From assembly GCA_036785375.1 (NCBI GenBank), contig JAWMAR010000612.1, positions 1 to 64,000 of the forward strand: 64,000 nt of DNA, read 5' to 3'. The notes beneath the pieces were generated by a model that searched no databases, had not been told where the DNA came from, and saw only the letters and a list, made by a program, of their open reading frames with translations. Below, one piece after another: positions 24,356 through 37,734 of the stretch. Position 1 is the first letter of the stretch; the number at the start of each line of letters is the position of its first letter. Made by a program: the position numbers and the translations under genes. The stretch is from Leucoraja ocellata (lineage: Eukaryota).

Positions 24356-24559
24356 TCTAATTCTCACCTTTTGGTCAACCCTCATTTTAATAATTCTATC
24401 ATGATCATGAGTAACTATGTCATCAGCTGCCTGGATCACAAGCTCTGGAATGATATCCCTAAGCACCTTATCTCCCATGACACCAGTTGTTGGAGGATTC
24501 ATTTTTATATAAGATCCATTCAAAAATAAGTAGGACTAGTGTTAGGTTATTTGCATATT

Positions 24560-24880
24560 TGAGCTTACCCCACCATTCATGAAGATCATAACTCATCTAT
24601 ATGATTATTTTCTTTACCCATTCCATTATGCTTTGATTTTCTGAACAACAAGAAGTCTATCGGCCTGTGTTGAATGAACTCAGTGATTGAGCCTCCACAG
24701 ACCCCTGGGATACAGAATTCCAAAGACTCACCAGCCATTGAATGAAGACATATTTATTTCCCTCAACCGTAAACAGCTTTCCCCATATCTAAGATATGCT
24801 CTTTGCTTCTACGTTCCCCAGCCAAGTGAAACATCTTTCCTGAAGGTAGCTTGTCAAGCACTGATGAAAATCTAATGAAG
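24560..24880 (-). mobile_element. Old CR1 3' fragment
   Basis: gagcctccacagacccctggga.acagaattccaaagactcacca. Confidence 0.6.
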
Positions 24881-25051
24881 ACCCAATGAAGCAGCTCAGC
24901 AATGGAGTGCCCTGCAGAAAGAATTAATCAGTGACTCACTAGAGATCAAGAAAGAGAAAGAAATAATAGTTTTGATTACCAGGCTTTTCTGTTGGAGGAA
25001 AATGTCGCAGCTACAAATCTTTGTTCTCTTAATGAAATACCTTATTGGCAC

Positions 25052-25745
25052 AGTTTGGTATTGGTTTATTATTGTCACATGAACTAAGATACACTGAAAG
25101 GCCATATAGTGTGCTTTCCAGGTAAATGATCCATACATGATTACAACCAAACCATGCAGTATATAATGTTATAGCTACAGAGGATGTGCAGATAAATAAA
25201 AAGATACAAGGGCTGTATCGAGGTAGATTGGGGAATCGGGAATGCACCTGAGATCAATTCACGAGTCTTATAACAACAGGGACGGAGCTGTCGTTGAATC
25301 TAGTGGTACATGCGTATGAGCTTTTTAAAATCTTCTGTCCAATGGAAGAAGAAGGAATGACTGGGGTATGAGTGATCCTTGATTATCTTGGTTCCTTTCC
25401 TGAGGCAGTGCAATTTGTAAAGTCATGGGGGAGAGAGGGGGAGGGAGGCTGACGTGTGATGTACTGGTCTGATTCACAATTCAGTTGTCAAACTAATCTG
25501 TGCTAGATCCCGATAGTATGCTTTCTATGGTGCATCTGTGGAAATTGGTAAGAGTTATTTGAAACATGTTTCTTTCATCTTCTGAGAAAGTAGAGACTTT
25601 GGGATGATATCTTGGCCTTAACATCCATTTGGTTGAACCAGGACATATTGTTGGTGATATTTATGCCTAGGAACCTGAAGCTCTCGACTATCTCTATTTC
25701 AGCACCATTGATATAGCCTAGAGCGTGTACTCCATCCCACTTATA
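25052..25745 (-). mobile_element. Rex1/Babar 3' portion
   Basis: 3' UTR tttattattgtcacatg; minus strand VESFRFLGINIT, NFHRCTIESIL. Confidence 0.8.
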
Positions 25746-25749
25746 TTAG

Positions 25750-27040
25750 TGTGGATCAGCTGGCGGAGGTGTTCATAGACATCTTTAATCTCTCACTACA
25801 TTCTGTGATCCTCACCTGCTTCATAATGACCACTATCATCCTGGTGCCAAAGAAAGGTAAGCTAACGTGCCTTATTGACCCTACCCTCCAATGGCTCTGA
25901 CATTCGCCATCATTGTGGTTTTGAGAGACCAGTGATGGCATACATTAACGCCATCCTTGACCGACTGCAGTTCGCTTACTGTCACAACAGGTCCACAGCA
26001 ACCGTCATCTCCCTGGCACCATACTCATCTCTGGAGCACCTAGACAACAAGGACTCTTACATTGGACTCCTAATTATTGACTATCACTTTGCCTTCAACA
26101 CTATAATCTTATCCAAACTCATCTCCGTACTCAACCTAGGAATTAGCTCTCCAAATTCCGCGTATGTTGCTAAACATACTTGGCTAATAAAGTATGATTA
26201 TGATAATGATCACTTTAGCCACTGGATCCTCAACTTTATGACTCAGACCTCAATCACTGAGGATAGGTGACATTACCTCCTCCACAATAATTCTCAATAC
26301 TGGTGATCCATAAGGATGTGTTTTCAGTTCCCTTATACACTGCTTATATATTCACGACTGTACGTCAAATTCATATCTAATTCCATCTATAAGTTTGCAA
26401 ATAACACCAGTGGCAGGTCAAATCACGAACAATGATGAGATTGAGTACAGGAAGGGGATGAAGATATGAATTACATGGCAGCAGGCCATTAACCTCTCCA
26501 TCTATGTCAGCAAGATGAAGCAACTAGTTATTGGCTTCAGGAAGCATGGTGGAGTACATGGCCCTATTAGCCTCAGCGGTGTGGAAATGGTTAAGAGCGT
26601 CAAATTCCTCTGCGTTAATATTACCAATGATCTGTCGTAGACCAACCACGTAGGTGTGATAGCCAAGAAGGCATACCAATGCCTCTACTTCGAGAAACTG
26701 AAGAAATTTGCCATATCTCCAGTGACTCTTACAGACTTTTATAGATGCACTATAGAAAGCATACTGTAGGGTTGTCTCACAGCTTGGTTTGGGAATAGTT
26801 CTGACCAAGACTGCAGGAAAGTGCAGAGAGTTGTAGTTGTAGCCCCGTCCATTGCACAGATGAGATTTTCCACCATTGACTCCATCTACACTTCATGCTG
26901 CCTTGAAAAAGCAGCTAACATAACAAACAAATCATTCCTTCTTTTCCTGCGCCATCCAGCAGAAGGTACAGAAGCTTGAAAACACTCGCCATCAGACTCG
27001 AGAACAACTTCTTCCCTCATGTTATCAGATTTATGAACTT
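25750..27040 (+). mobile_element. Rex1/Babar RT through C-terminus
   Basis: DQLAEVFIDIFNLSL, LD.LQFAY..NRST, LEHLDNK, IDY..AFNTII.SKL, KFA, FYRCTIESIL. Confidence 0.88.
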
Positions 27041-28469
27041 CAAATTGTCTTCAATATTCAAAATGGTTAATCCTGAATCGATATGTAGCACCTTTCCTGT
27101 CATGGATGGAATCTCCAGAATACTCATCAATGGAAAATAATATTTGGGTAGGATGTGATGTCAGTCTTCCACCTGAACCTGTGAAATTTACAGACCTCCA
27201 AAAACCATTTCCCAAGCATTTCTGTGGGTGTCCAACAGCTATAAAGCCAGTGTCCCATTTGATCCTGTTGGATTCCAATACCTGTATAACTATTGTTCCT
27301 TCTGACATTGTGGGATTTCCACTCCTATAAACTCACTGTCGTTCCTGATCCTGTAGGATTTCAACATTGTGAGTCGGCTGTCCCTCTGCATGCAGTGGCC
27401 CTTTTAGTTAATGCACTGAGTATTTTAGTTGTATGCGTTAATCCGCAGGTGGATTAATTTTCGGCTGTAAAAGGGCTGATATGCTGCTGTCTACACATCC
27501 ACCTCCCCAATCATTTCCCATTTTCCAGTGAGGTCTTTAGAGAGGTCTGCTGAAATCGCTGGCGTCAGTCTGGCCCTGTTCACTCCCTTTTTCTTATTTT
27601 CACACGGGTGGATATATGCATATCAGTGGAAGTGTCTGTATAGATTGCTGAGCCATTCCTGCTTAATCAGAGAGTGGCAGGGAAACAGCAAAGCAAGCTC
27701 CGAGCAACAGCTCGGTCTCCAGAATGCAAAGCAGACAAAGAAATAAATTCCAGGAGTGCGAGAAGCATTCTCGGGAATGAACTGTCATCATAGTCATTCC
27801 TCTTAATCGATGTGACAGGAACATGGCAGGCATTGCATCCCACAAATAAAACAGGGCGCCAGACTCTCTGTTAGACTTCCCTGGCAGTGTCCAGATCAGT
27901 ACTGGCAAACCAATCCAGAGAAGCCCTCTCGAGATAACAAGGGTTGTTTGGCTCGAACATGCGAGCTGTAAGCCTCCACCCCTCTGAACAGAGAGACCCA
28001 GGCATTTTATAGATAAACATTTTTTTTTAAGGTGGCTGAACTAGCCAAGGAGGCTGCTATAAGAAATGCAGCACAGGGAATCCTATGCTTTGTAAACCAA
28101 AGTGCTGAGCAGAGGCCTTGCTTCTGATAGTATGTCATTGGAAAAAGCTGTAGGGCCAGAGGTCTGACAGATAGCCAACGTAATGTTTAAGGGGAATAGA
28201 ACATGGCCAGGGAATTATAAATCAGTCAACCTAAGATTGGATGAAGGATGGTGGAAAACCAAAGGAGAGAGCTAAAGGACATCTTGAAATGGAAAAAAGA
28301 ATGTTTGAAACTTAATGAACCTTTTGAAGAGGTAACAGCGAGAATAGACAATGATAATACAGTAATTGTAAATTATCTAGATTTCAAGAAACCTTCAATA
28401 AGATACCCCATATAGAATATTGAAACAGCTCAAAAAAGTCACCAAATGGATTTTGAAAGCAAGGAACAG

Positions 28470-28585
28470 CAGATCTGGGTTGTCCCGAAGTTGGAGTAAC
28501 TCAGCGGATGAGGTAGCATCTTTGGAGAGAATGGATAGGTGATGTTTCGTGTCGGGACCCTTCTTCAGCATTTTGTGTCTCGCCA
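28470..28585 (-). mobile_element. Penelope pLTR fragment with a hammerhead-like core
   Basis: Minus strand CTGAAGAA GGGTC CC GACAC GAAA CATC at 28541-28568. Confidence 0.65.
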
Positions 28586-28989
28586 AATAGATTGCTGGCT
28601 GACCTCAGGACAAAAGCAGACAGGTGGAATTAAGAATAGCTATTTATAGTGGAAGACGGTCAATAGTGGGGTACCCTATAGTAAACGGCTGCTGCTCACA
28701 GTTCACATAAATGAATCGGGAACAATTTATAAATGTGTTGATGATGCTACATTGGAGGATGGATAGACAATATTCAAGGTGCAACACATTTCAAGGAAGA
28801 TGTTAGTAAACTTGCAGGAAGAGTAAATAATTGGCAAATGAAGTCCAATACAGATGTTTGTGAGGCTGTATGTTTGTAAGGATCAATAGGGAAGAGGAAG
28901 AGGTCAGGTAGAAGATCAAATAGATCTTGGAATACAAATACACCAATCATTTAAGATTGTGCAGTGGGTTGGCAAGCCCATAAAAATGT

Positions 28990-29795
28990 TATCTGGTCAT
29001 CTGGAGCTCCTGGTTGCAAGCTATTTGAATTCCTCCTTCATTTTCAGTTCCTCTTCTCATTCCCAACCTGAAGAAGAAGGATCTTGGTCTGAAAAACGGT
29101 GGAAGGAACTCTATTTTGAAATTGCTCTCCACAGATGTTGCCTGGCCCGCTGAGATCCTCCAGCACTTTGTTTTTTTGCTCAAGATCCCATCCAGTGCAG
29201 TCTCTTGCGTCTTTGACCTGTCTGTTCCCAGCCAAGGTGAGGCCACATGCAAACTAGAGGAACAGCGCCTCATATTCTACCTTGGAGATCTGCAAACCAG
29301 TAACATAAGGATTGAATTCTCTAATTTCAAGAAACCTTCAACTGCTCTTGTGTCTTTCTTTCTCATTCTACCCAGCACCCCCGCACACTTTTTTTCCATT
29401 TCCCCAGCCACTCCATATGTCTATCACCCACGTACTCCTCCCACAGTTTCCATCTGCCAAAAACCTACTACCTTTATTTGGTTCTATACTTCACCTTTGT
29501 TACCTATCAGATTTCACATCTGCCGCCCATGTTGCCTCCTATCACCTCCCAGCTTTTGTCACTTCACCATTCCCTCCCACCTGGGATCCATCTGCCAGTC
29601 AATCCAACTTTATCTCGATCTACCTATAACTTGCCAGCTGTTGCTCACTTGCCCCCCCTCCCCTCCCCCCCCCCCCACAAACTATTTATACTGGCTATCT
29701 CCCCTCTTTCAGTACAGACGAAGGATCCTGACTTGAGACGTCAAGTGTCCAGTTCCCTCCACAGCTGCTGCTTGACTTTCTGTTTCTCCAGCTGA
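28990..29795 (+). mobile_element. Penelope-like retroelement 3' portion (endonuclease C-terminus between pLTR pieces)
   Basis: QGEATCKLEEQRLIFYLG.LQ...I.IEFSNFK, then a pyrimidine-rich spacer and pLTR. Confidence 0.8.
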
Positions 29796-30664
29796 CTGTT
29801 GTATCAAGCCCTGGCAAGACCACACTTGGAGCACTGTGTACATTTCTGATTGTCATGTTATAATGATATTGAACCACTAGAGAGGGTTCAGAGAAGATTT
29901 CCAAAGTTGATTCCAAAGATGAATAGACAATGTATCTTATTCTTCTTGAGAAAGAAAGGCCTTGAAAACTATCTTTAAAATTATGCAAGCTTTTGATAAA
30001 GTGCATACAAAAATAATGTTTCTACTTGTAGGAACGAGCATACCTGAGACTGTCAATTTAAGATTCTCACCAATAAATCAAATGGGAATTAAGAAGAAAT
30101 GTCTTTACTGAGGGAATGGTAAGAATGTGTAACTTCTTTCCTAAGAAAGTTGTTGAGATGAATAGTATAGATGTATTAAAGGGGTGGATAGTATGGAGCA
30201 TAAACACCTGTATGAAGCTGAGTGATAAAGTGACTCACTTCTACTTTGTCACATGTTCTGATCTGCCTAGGAAACATTGCCCAGTTGTAACTAATTCTCC
30301 ATCCAATGGCCCCATAGAAAAATATCAATGGTTCAAAATAAGATCAGTATGTAGGTGAGGCTGTTTTGTCACTGTACGTTAGTATGAGACAATGGAAATC
30401 CACCTTCTGTTGCTTGTGATAAACGTCTGGTGTATAGGCATGAAACTGCAATTCTGAGGTCTGTGCCCTATGCATGGAACAACATTTGAAAGCTGAGTTT
30501 CCTTAACTCATGTTATTATGACATACTTAATGCAAACAATTAAAGAAGAATATCTGTTGTGTTGGCCCTTAAAACTAAATAAGAGAAACAACAATTGTAA
30601 CTCTTTGCGTTTATGGCATCTTTTAAGTTGCAAAATTTCTCTAGGCAGCATTACATAAAGAAAG

Positions 30665-30882
30665 ATGGACACAAAAAGTTGGAGTAACTTAAGTGGGACG
30701 AGCAGCATCTCTGGAAAGAAGGAATGGGTGGCGTTTTGGGTCGAGACCCTTCTTCAGACTGGAAGTCGACCTGAAACGTCACCTATTCCTTCTCTCCAGA
30801 GATGCTGCCTGTCCCGCTGAGTTACTCCAGCTTTTTGTCCCTTTCTTTGGTTTAAACCAGCATCTGTAGTTCCTTCCTACAC
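30665..30882. mobile_element. Penelope-derived hairpin element
   Basis: ~70-bp imperfect inverted arms; antisense ctgaagaagggtctcgacccaaaac core. Confidence 0.8.
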
Positions 30883-31257
30883 ATAACCCAAAGAAAAATT
30901 GTTACTGAGCCACAATAGGATATATTAGGGCAGTGAACAGGTGGTCAAAATGGTGAGTTTTAAGGGGCAAATTAAAAGAGGTGGAAGATTTATTGAGGGA
31001 ATTCCACTCCTTGGCAGAAAAGCAAGGGCTGTCAGTGGTGGGAGTGATAGAAACTGGGAATAAGCAAAAGGCCAAATAGAAAGAAATGCAGAGATTTTAC
31101 AGTGCATAGGGCTGGAGGAGGTCACAGATTTAGGAAAGATGGAGACAATGGAGGGGTGTGAAAATGGGGTAATGGATATTAAAATCAGCTCAAGGAGCAA
31201 GTATCGGTCAGCATTCGATGGGCATTTATTCTGAATTATTCTGGGTGGCAGTAGACT

Positions 31258-31482
31258 AGGTAGACAAAAGTGCTGGAGAAACTCAGCGGGTGCGGCAGCA
31301 TCTATGGAGTGATGGCCTGAAGAAGGGTTTTGGCCCGAAACGTTGCCTATTTCAGTCTGAAGAAGGGTTTCGGCTAGAAACGTTGCCTATTTCCGTCGCT
31401 CCATAGATGCTGCCGCACCCGCTGAGTTTCTCCAGCACTTTTGTCTACCTTCGATTTTCCAGCATCTGCAGTTCCTTCTTGA
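31258..31482 (+). mobile_element. Young Penelope-derived hairpin element with two tandem hammerhead motifs
   Basis: Perfect 52-bp IR at 31258-31309 / 31399-31450; imperfect TSD gcagt(a/g)gact. Confidence 0.85.
31314..31347 (+). ncRNA. Minimal type I hammerhead ribozyme motif
   Basis: ggc CTGAAGA A gggt-tttg-gccc GAAA CG TT gcc. Confidence 0.65.
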
Positions 31483-31511
31483 GCAGTGGACTGGTGTGTC
31501 AACTAATCAAA

Positions 31512-31795
31512 TGGCAAAAGGACACAAAGTGCTGGAGTAACTTTATTCGAGTTTTTCCCTTTTTCATGTATTTGTGCACTGTGGATGGCTCAATTGTAAT
31601 CATGTATTGTCTTTCCGCTGACTGGTTAGCATGCAACAAAAGCTTTTCACTGTATGTAGGTACATGTGACAATAAACTAAACCTGTACTCAAAAGGTCTT
31701 GACCCGAAACATTACCTACCCATGTTCTCCAGAGATGCTGCTTACTCCAGTACTTTTTGTGTATTAACCAGCATCTGCAGTTCTTTGTTTCTACA
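31512..31795. mobile_element. Penelope hairpin element with a nested Rex1 3' UTR (~31548-31685)
   Basis: ggacacaaagtgctggagtaact ... aaaagcttttcactgta..tgtgacaataaactaaac ... gacccgaaac..ccagagatgctg. Confidence 0.65.
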
Positions 31796-33084
31796 AGTAA
31801 ACAAGTGATTTGAGCTAATCCAAAATATTTTAATTCCATTGTTTCTAAAACTGCACTGTTCATATAATTTTGCTGACCTCTTAGTGATGCCGAAGGTGTG
31901 GGGCATCCTCAGCCAACTGCCTAACCCATTCAAAGTCCCAGTCACTGTGATTAAAAAAACAAGCTTATCTTTTTGAAATCGTCAAAACAGAGGGTACTTG
32001 TGGCTTATAAAATCCCAGTAAGATTTACCTTCCCACAGGCACAGCAAATTACCCCAAGTATCAAGGTGGCAGATTCAATGTTAGCAAGTTTGCTGGGTGG
32101 ACTGACACTGTGTTGAGGAGATTGAACCTTCACCATTGTTTTCCTTTAGGGAGGAGTGATGTAAACTTGCGAGAAACAAGTCCAAGGGTTGCCCAAGTGT
32201 ACCTCTTGTGACATTGACATTGCTGAATCATGCACATGCATTCGTGAGAATGAGACATGCTTTGATAATTGGTTAGACCTATTGGCACCACATTCAGTCT
32301 GTGGACTGATTAGCTATCAAATACTATTCTAATTATGAAGTACAGCATCCACCTATCCATTTATTTTCAACAACAGGTTAAGGTTCCAAATTATTATGCA
32401 GTCTGGCATTACATTTAAATACAAAGGTCATTCAGCCTTACAGGCTTATGTTTCACATAAAACTACACCCACCCCTTCTCATGCCTGCCCATCAACTTGT
32501 CCAATCCTTTCTCCATCCTGTGTTTATTTAATTTCTCCTGAAATGCATGCGAGTTCTATATGTTTTTTTTGAAATCTTTATTGAAATTGATAGCAACTGT
32601 TATCTATTGATAACCACCAAATTGTAGAGAGCGCAGCATGAAACTCTTTGGCCCACTAAATTCATACCGACCATAGCTGACACATTTTCACTGATCCTAT
32701 ATTCATCATTTCTTTCATTCTCCATATACTGTCATCAACTGCCTGCAAATTCCATCACCTATGCACTGGGAACAACTTACAGTGGCAACTTAACCCTATG
32801 GGTTGTGCATAACCATTTTATCACATTGATTAAATGAATGCCACTCGAATCCTTGCCAAAATGGTGCATCAAGTAAAGAAAACGTTAACACAGTGTTCGG
32901 CGAATCTGGCAACACAAATCTTCATTGATATCGAACCTCTGCTGTCTAATGAAGCTCTCCAGAAAAATACCCCATCTGCTATTTCAGATGAAAGGGAGAA
33001 ATTGGGGAAATGAGCTGAGAGGAGGTTGGAAGGGTGTGTATAAGGAACTTGAGGGCAGGAGGGTTGCATTTGTAACATGGGTTA

Positions 33085-33550
33085 TGCTAAGCTGAACTAA
33101 ATCATACAGTTCTGATCGTCACATTACAGGAAAGATGTGATCACACAAAGAGAAGTGTGATTTATGAACGGTTGCCAGGATTGGAAAATTGTAGCTAAGG
33201 GAAATATTTGATAATCCTTGATAAGTTGGTGTTGTTTTCTTTGGAACAGTGAAGGCTGAGGAAAGAATTAACAGAGGTGCAAAAAATTATGAAGGCCTAA
33301 ATAGAGTAAAGAGGAAGGATCTATTTCCATTAAAATGGTCAGAAATACAGGGAGCATTCATTTCATGAAATAGGTAAAAAATAAAATAGAGTGGCACGGA
33401 GGAAAATAAAACTACAACAAAAGAGTGGAGAGAAGGTCTGGTATGGAATACATAAAAGGACTATGTGCCCTGCAGGATTATAGACAGAGTGCTGGATTTC
33501 AAGATAGGCTCAATAACTTTTTATCAACCCGCACCATGAAATGGTCTCTA
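33085..33550 (+). mobile_element. Old CR1 3' fragment
   Basis: ttacaggaaagatgtga, ccaggattggaaaattgtagct, gaaggctgagg. Confidence 0.6.
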
Positions 33551-33829
33551 TAGTGTTATACACTTTCTATGATCCATTCTTTGAACAAATGCATCCAGGC
33601 AGAGATGGTAGTTAGTCAACCATTTGTTTGGTAGAGAATCAAGGGAACAAGATGTGGTTCCCTTGTACAAGGGTTCAGAAAGAAAGGGACACGAAGAGGA
33701 AAAATAACTTCTAGACCTAGGCAATGGGAGCACAAAGGGAATAGAGAACCATTTGAAACAACTACCTCCATCTTAGCCAGAGAAACGTCCACCAACACAA
33801 TGTCGAGACCAGAAGAAGGGAATAGTTGC

Positions 33830-34570
33830 AACAACCTAGCCCTTAATGTTAGTGAGTCGATAAAGTTGGTTGTTGACCGAGGAAAGTGGGGGTGAGTGAA
33901 TACAATTCTGTTCTCGTCAACAGAGCTGCTGCAAAGATAGTCGACAGCTTCAAGTTTCTTGGCATCCTGCTAAAGAGAGGGTTGACAGCTTCAGGTTCCT
34001 TGTCGTTCATATCACCAGCAACCTAACCTAGTCCCTTCAAACTGAAGCAGTGATCAAGAAAGTTCATCAGTGTATTTACTTTCTTCGGCGTCTTTGAGGA
34101 TTCAGCATGTCCACAAGGATTCTCTCGAACGTCTACAGATGCAATTCTGATGAGAAGTATCTCAGTCGGCTCTGCTCTGCTCTTGACTGCCTGAATCTGC
34201 AGAAAGGACTGAACTCAGCCATCACAGGCTCACCACTTTGTTGCACCCAGTACATCTTCATGGTGCTTTGCATCAGTACGGCTGGATGTTCCGTCAAAGA
34301 TGCCGTCACTTGCCCACTGTATGTCTTGTGTAAAACCCAGTTGTGACTAGCACAATAAAGAGACGTCCGGCAACGATGCGATCTGCAAGTCATTTAATGA
34401 AAGCCTCCCCTTCAGAGGGTGCATGTTGATGATGTGTATAAATGTTGCATACATTACACCTACTGTCTTTTCTCTCTTAAACTTTCTGGGAGAAGATAGA
34501 AGAAAGTTTGGATGTCCAGACATAAGGACAGTTTCTTCCCCACTGCTATCAGATTCCTAAACCAATCTCC
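33830..34570 (+). mobile_element. Old Rex1/Babar fragment
   Basis: VDSFKFLG (duplicated), YFLRRL..F.MS..ILSN.YRC, SFFPTAIRFLN. Confidence 0.7.
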
Positions 34571-35680
34571 TCTTTCACATCCTCGTGGTGAAGGTGTTGC
34601 CATGAACTCTTACTGTCCAAATAAATAAATTCTTCAGTCTGTCGCTATCATGACTCGCCATAGGTTTAAAAATAGCCAAGTGCTTCAGTTTCCAGCAGCC
34701 TGCAAATCCAAGTCTAAGATGAGCAACAACTGCAACTTCACTGGCACTTGAAGTGATAACAGAGCGTTTGGAAGTTTGTTCAGAGATTGAGGAACTAAAA
34801 TGGATAAGTACAATATCTATGCCATGAACAATAACTCAGATTTATAGACTTTTTATAGATAAATGTTAAAACTGAAACCTATAATGTCAGTGCTGTGGGA
34901 AATAGAATGCACACGGCAATACAACAGAATTGATACTAATGCTGACTGCTTGGTAATCAAGCAGGGCATTTACTCCAGCAATTTAAGCATTATCATGTTG
35001 GTAACCAGAACTGATGAGGTTTGCAGACATTAGCATAAATGGAGTCTTTCTTCTTAAGCAGTTCCTCAAGGTAAGTTGAGTTAATGTCACCTCATTATTG
35101 TGTATTCTGAAATGAACAAGGAGGTGAATGTGAAACTCTCATATTTTGCCGTAGATGGGGCAGTGAATGGTAGTTTGTGTGGTACCACCACTTAAGCTGA
35201 ACCGCTGTGTGCTCCTGGTGCCTGGTGCCAACCTAAACGCTTCTCTGGTTATGGGCCAGAGATTTGTAGGAAGCTGTGGGGATGTTGTAATTTTCTTTTC
35301 CTCTGTCCGCCTGATAACCTCTTACCACGGTAGAGTCAGGAATAGTTTGTTTTGGGAATTTAGTGTCGGATGTGACCAGTAGAGCAAGTGCCATTGGGGC
35401 AGGAATACTAACATTTGTTCACTTATCATTTGGATGATATTGCTGATTTTTCTATTTTTCCTTTCCAGTCCCTTGAGTTGCCTGCTGCAGGTTGTCCTGG
35501 TCTCAGAGCATATGGATCATGAGCTTTGCACCAATTTGAGAAATTCATTCTGAAACATTATTTTCTTCAGATCACCAAGAGCTGTGTTGGTGATTTTCCG
35601 TCCCTCAGATGGTCAAAGAATGTGCTGGTGAATTTCCAGAGTGTGATTGCACACGTTTATTGTTGGAGAACAATGTTATA

Positions 35681-35998
35681 TAGACAATAGGTGCAGGCGT
35701 AGGCCATTCGGCCCTTCGAGTAGCACCGACATTCAATGTGATCATGGCTGAACATCCCCAGTCAGTACCCTGTTCCTGCCTTCTCCCCATATCCCCTGAC
35801 TCTGCTATTTTTAAGAGCCCTATCTAGCTCTCTCTTGAAAGCATCCAGAGAACCTGCCTCCATCGCCTTCTGAGGCAGAGAATTCCACAGACTCACCACT
35901 CTCTGTGAGAAAAAGTGTTTCCTTGTCTCTGTTCTAAATGGCTTACTCCTTATTCTTAAACTGTGGCCCCTGGTTCTGGACTCTCCCAACATCGGGAA
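35681..35998 (-). mobile_element. HER1-type CR1 3' end
   Basis: GESRTRGHSLRI..FFSQRVVSLWNSLPQ; canonical 3' end. Confidence 0.92.
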
Positions 35999-37734
35999 CT
36001 CCATGTATAGTGGAGGCTGGTTGATAGAGGAGCTTTATTTGCATATATGGACTGTAAGATCCTTCCTCTCATATGCCTTGGTGAATGAGTGCATAACGAT
36101 TCTGAGCTTGGCCCTCGAACATGACATAATAAATCCCGTATGCATTTTGTAACTTGTCTTTGGTTGCAGTGGAGAATATCTCACAGGGACCAACAACTTC
36201 ATTGTAGTGTTGCATTGGGAATCTAACAACATTGTGCCAATCGGAATGTATAGAGCAACATCAGCCAAACGGGTACAGCTACCCATTATTGTAACAACAT
36301 TTGGAAACAGGCCAACTTTGATAGGGTACATATTTTGGAAGGTAATGGCAAGGTAGGTTAAAGTAGACAAACCTGTGCAGCAGTTTGGAGACTAAAGTTG
36401 CACTTAATCAGCTGGATACAGAAATCTCTGCTACCCACCTTGCAAGACTCGTATACAAGGTGCTTTTGCCCACTCAACCAGACTGTCTATATCCCTTTCT
36501 GTCCCTTTCACACATTGAACTGTCATCTACAACATTAATATTGATTGTAAATAGATATTCAAGAATTAATTCTTGCAATGCTCATCTTATTAGACCATGC
36601 CACTTTGGCACTTTATTAGACACATGGCACTTTGATTTCCATTATTTCCTGGCGGCTAACCAATCCTCACTGTGCCGATATACCACACCCTTATGCCGTA
36701 TCTCCTAGTTTCTCTATTTCTTGACTGGTAACCAATTCTCAATCCATGCCATTGTACCATTACTTCATTCTGTGTCCTGGTTTTATGTAGCAGCATGTAT
36801 TTCCGAGTGTCTAATTGAATGCCATGTGAAAATCCAACTTCACGCAACCAGTGTTTCCCCTTTATGTCCTCTTAGTTATATCCTTGTAATATTCTACTCC
36901 CCCCCCCCCCCCCCCAATTAAATAAAACCTTCAAAGCTCTTGATCATATTATGATCTTCCAAGTGTCCTGCCAATAGGGTCCTGATCATTTTGAATAAAA
37001 AATTCGGAAGATAAATTAAATTATTTGCTTACTTCATCGTCTCCATTACTTGCTCGTTTTTTAACTTGTTGCTCAAGCAACAGTGTAAATAATTTGTTAG
37101 GTTGGAAACACTGTTCAAATAATCAGTCTGCAAAGCATAATTTATGAGTATGGCACTCTGAAATCCTTCGTCATTAATAGAAAGGTTTCTTGTTGCAGAG
37201 TTAGACTTCAAGGAAATGAATAATTAATCTTGCTGTTGGAGTCTGACTCTGTTTGTTTACGCCCAAAAAACTGCAATGGTAAACATTCATTACCTCTGCC
37301 AAGTGTAAAGTGTTAATGATTTGTTGCATTGTCAATATTTCTGATTCCCTTAAATTAATCATTGTAGTAAGCCTGTTTTTTTTATTTTATTTTAAAAAAG
37401 TAGACCTTTTCTACCTAATGTCTGAGAAATGCTTACATTGTGTAAACCAGAACTGGAAAAGTATATCCGGAGACCTTCAGAAGCAGTCCATTCACTTTAA
37501 AATGGTTTATTTTCTTCATACCAGGCAGAAAAACTGCTTTATTTACTGTGTCTTTAGCAACCACAGGATGCCCCCTGCACTATTTTAAAGTGAATGGAGA
37601 TCAGATTTTTGGAGATCAGTCAGTCACCTTTGTAATTTAGATAATACAGCTGCAAACGGTGATGTGATCATGACTAGTTATACTGTTCTAATGATATAGT
37701 TTTGTGGGCGGAATATTTGATAATTGATTGATAA

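Larger units (their letters stand above)
28100..30215 (+). mobile_element. Old CR1 ORF2 split by Penelope insertions (~28470-28585 and ~28990-29795)
   Basis: GNYKSV.L, YLDFK, W...NSGVP, W.MK.N.D, RPHLEHCV.F. Confidence 0.7.

Noticed and set aside
25260-27030. Divergent Rex1 copies read as one twin-primed inversion
   Set aside because: Both copies cover the same C-terminal region and are diverged from each other, so they are independent insertions.
29116-29736. 206-aa ORF as a host gene
   Set aside because: Only a short Penelope C-terminal motif is meaningful; the rest is pLTR and low-complexity sequence.
35330-36370. Possible antisense Tx1-like remnant flanking the CR1
   Set aside because: The similarity is too weak to support by eye.
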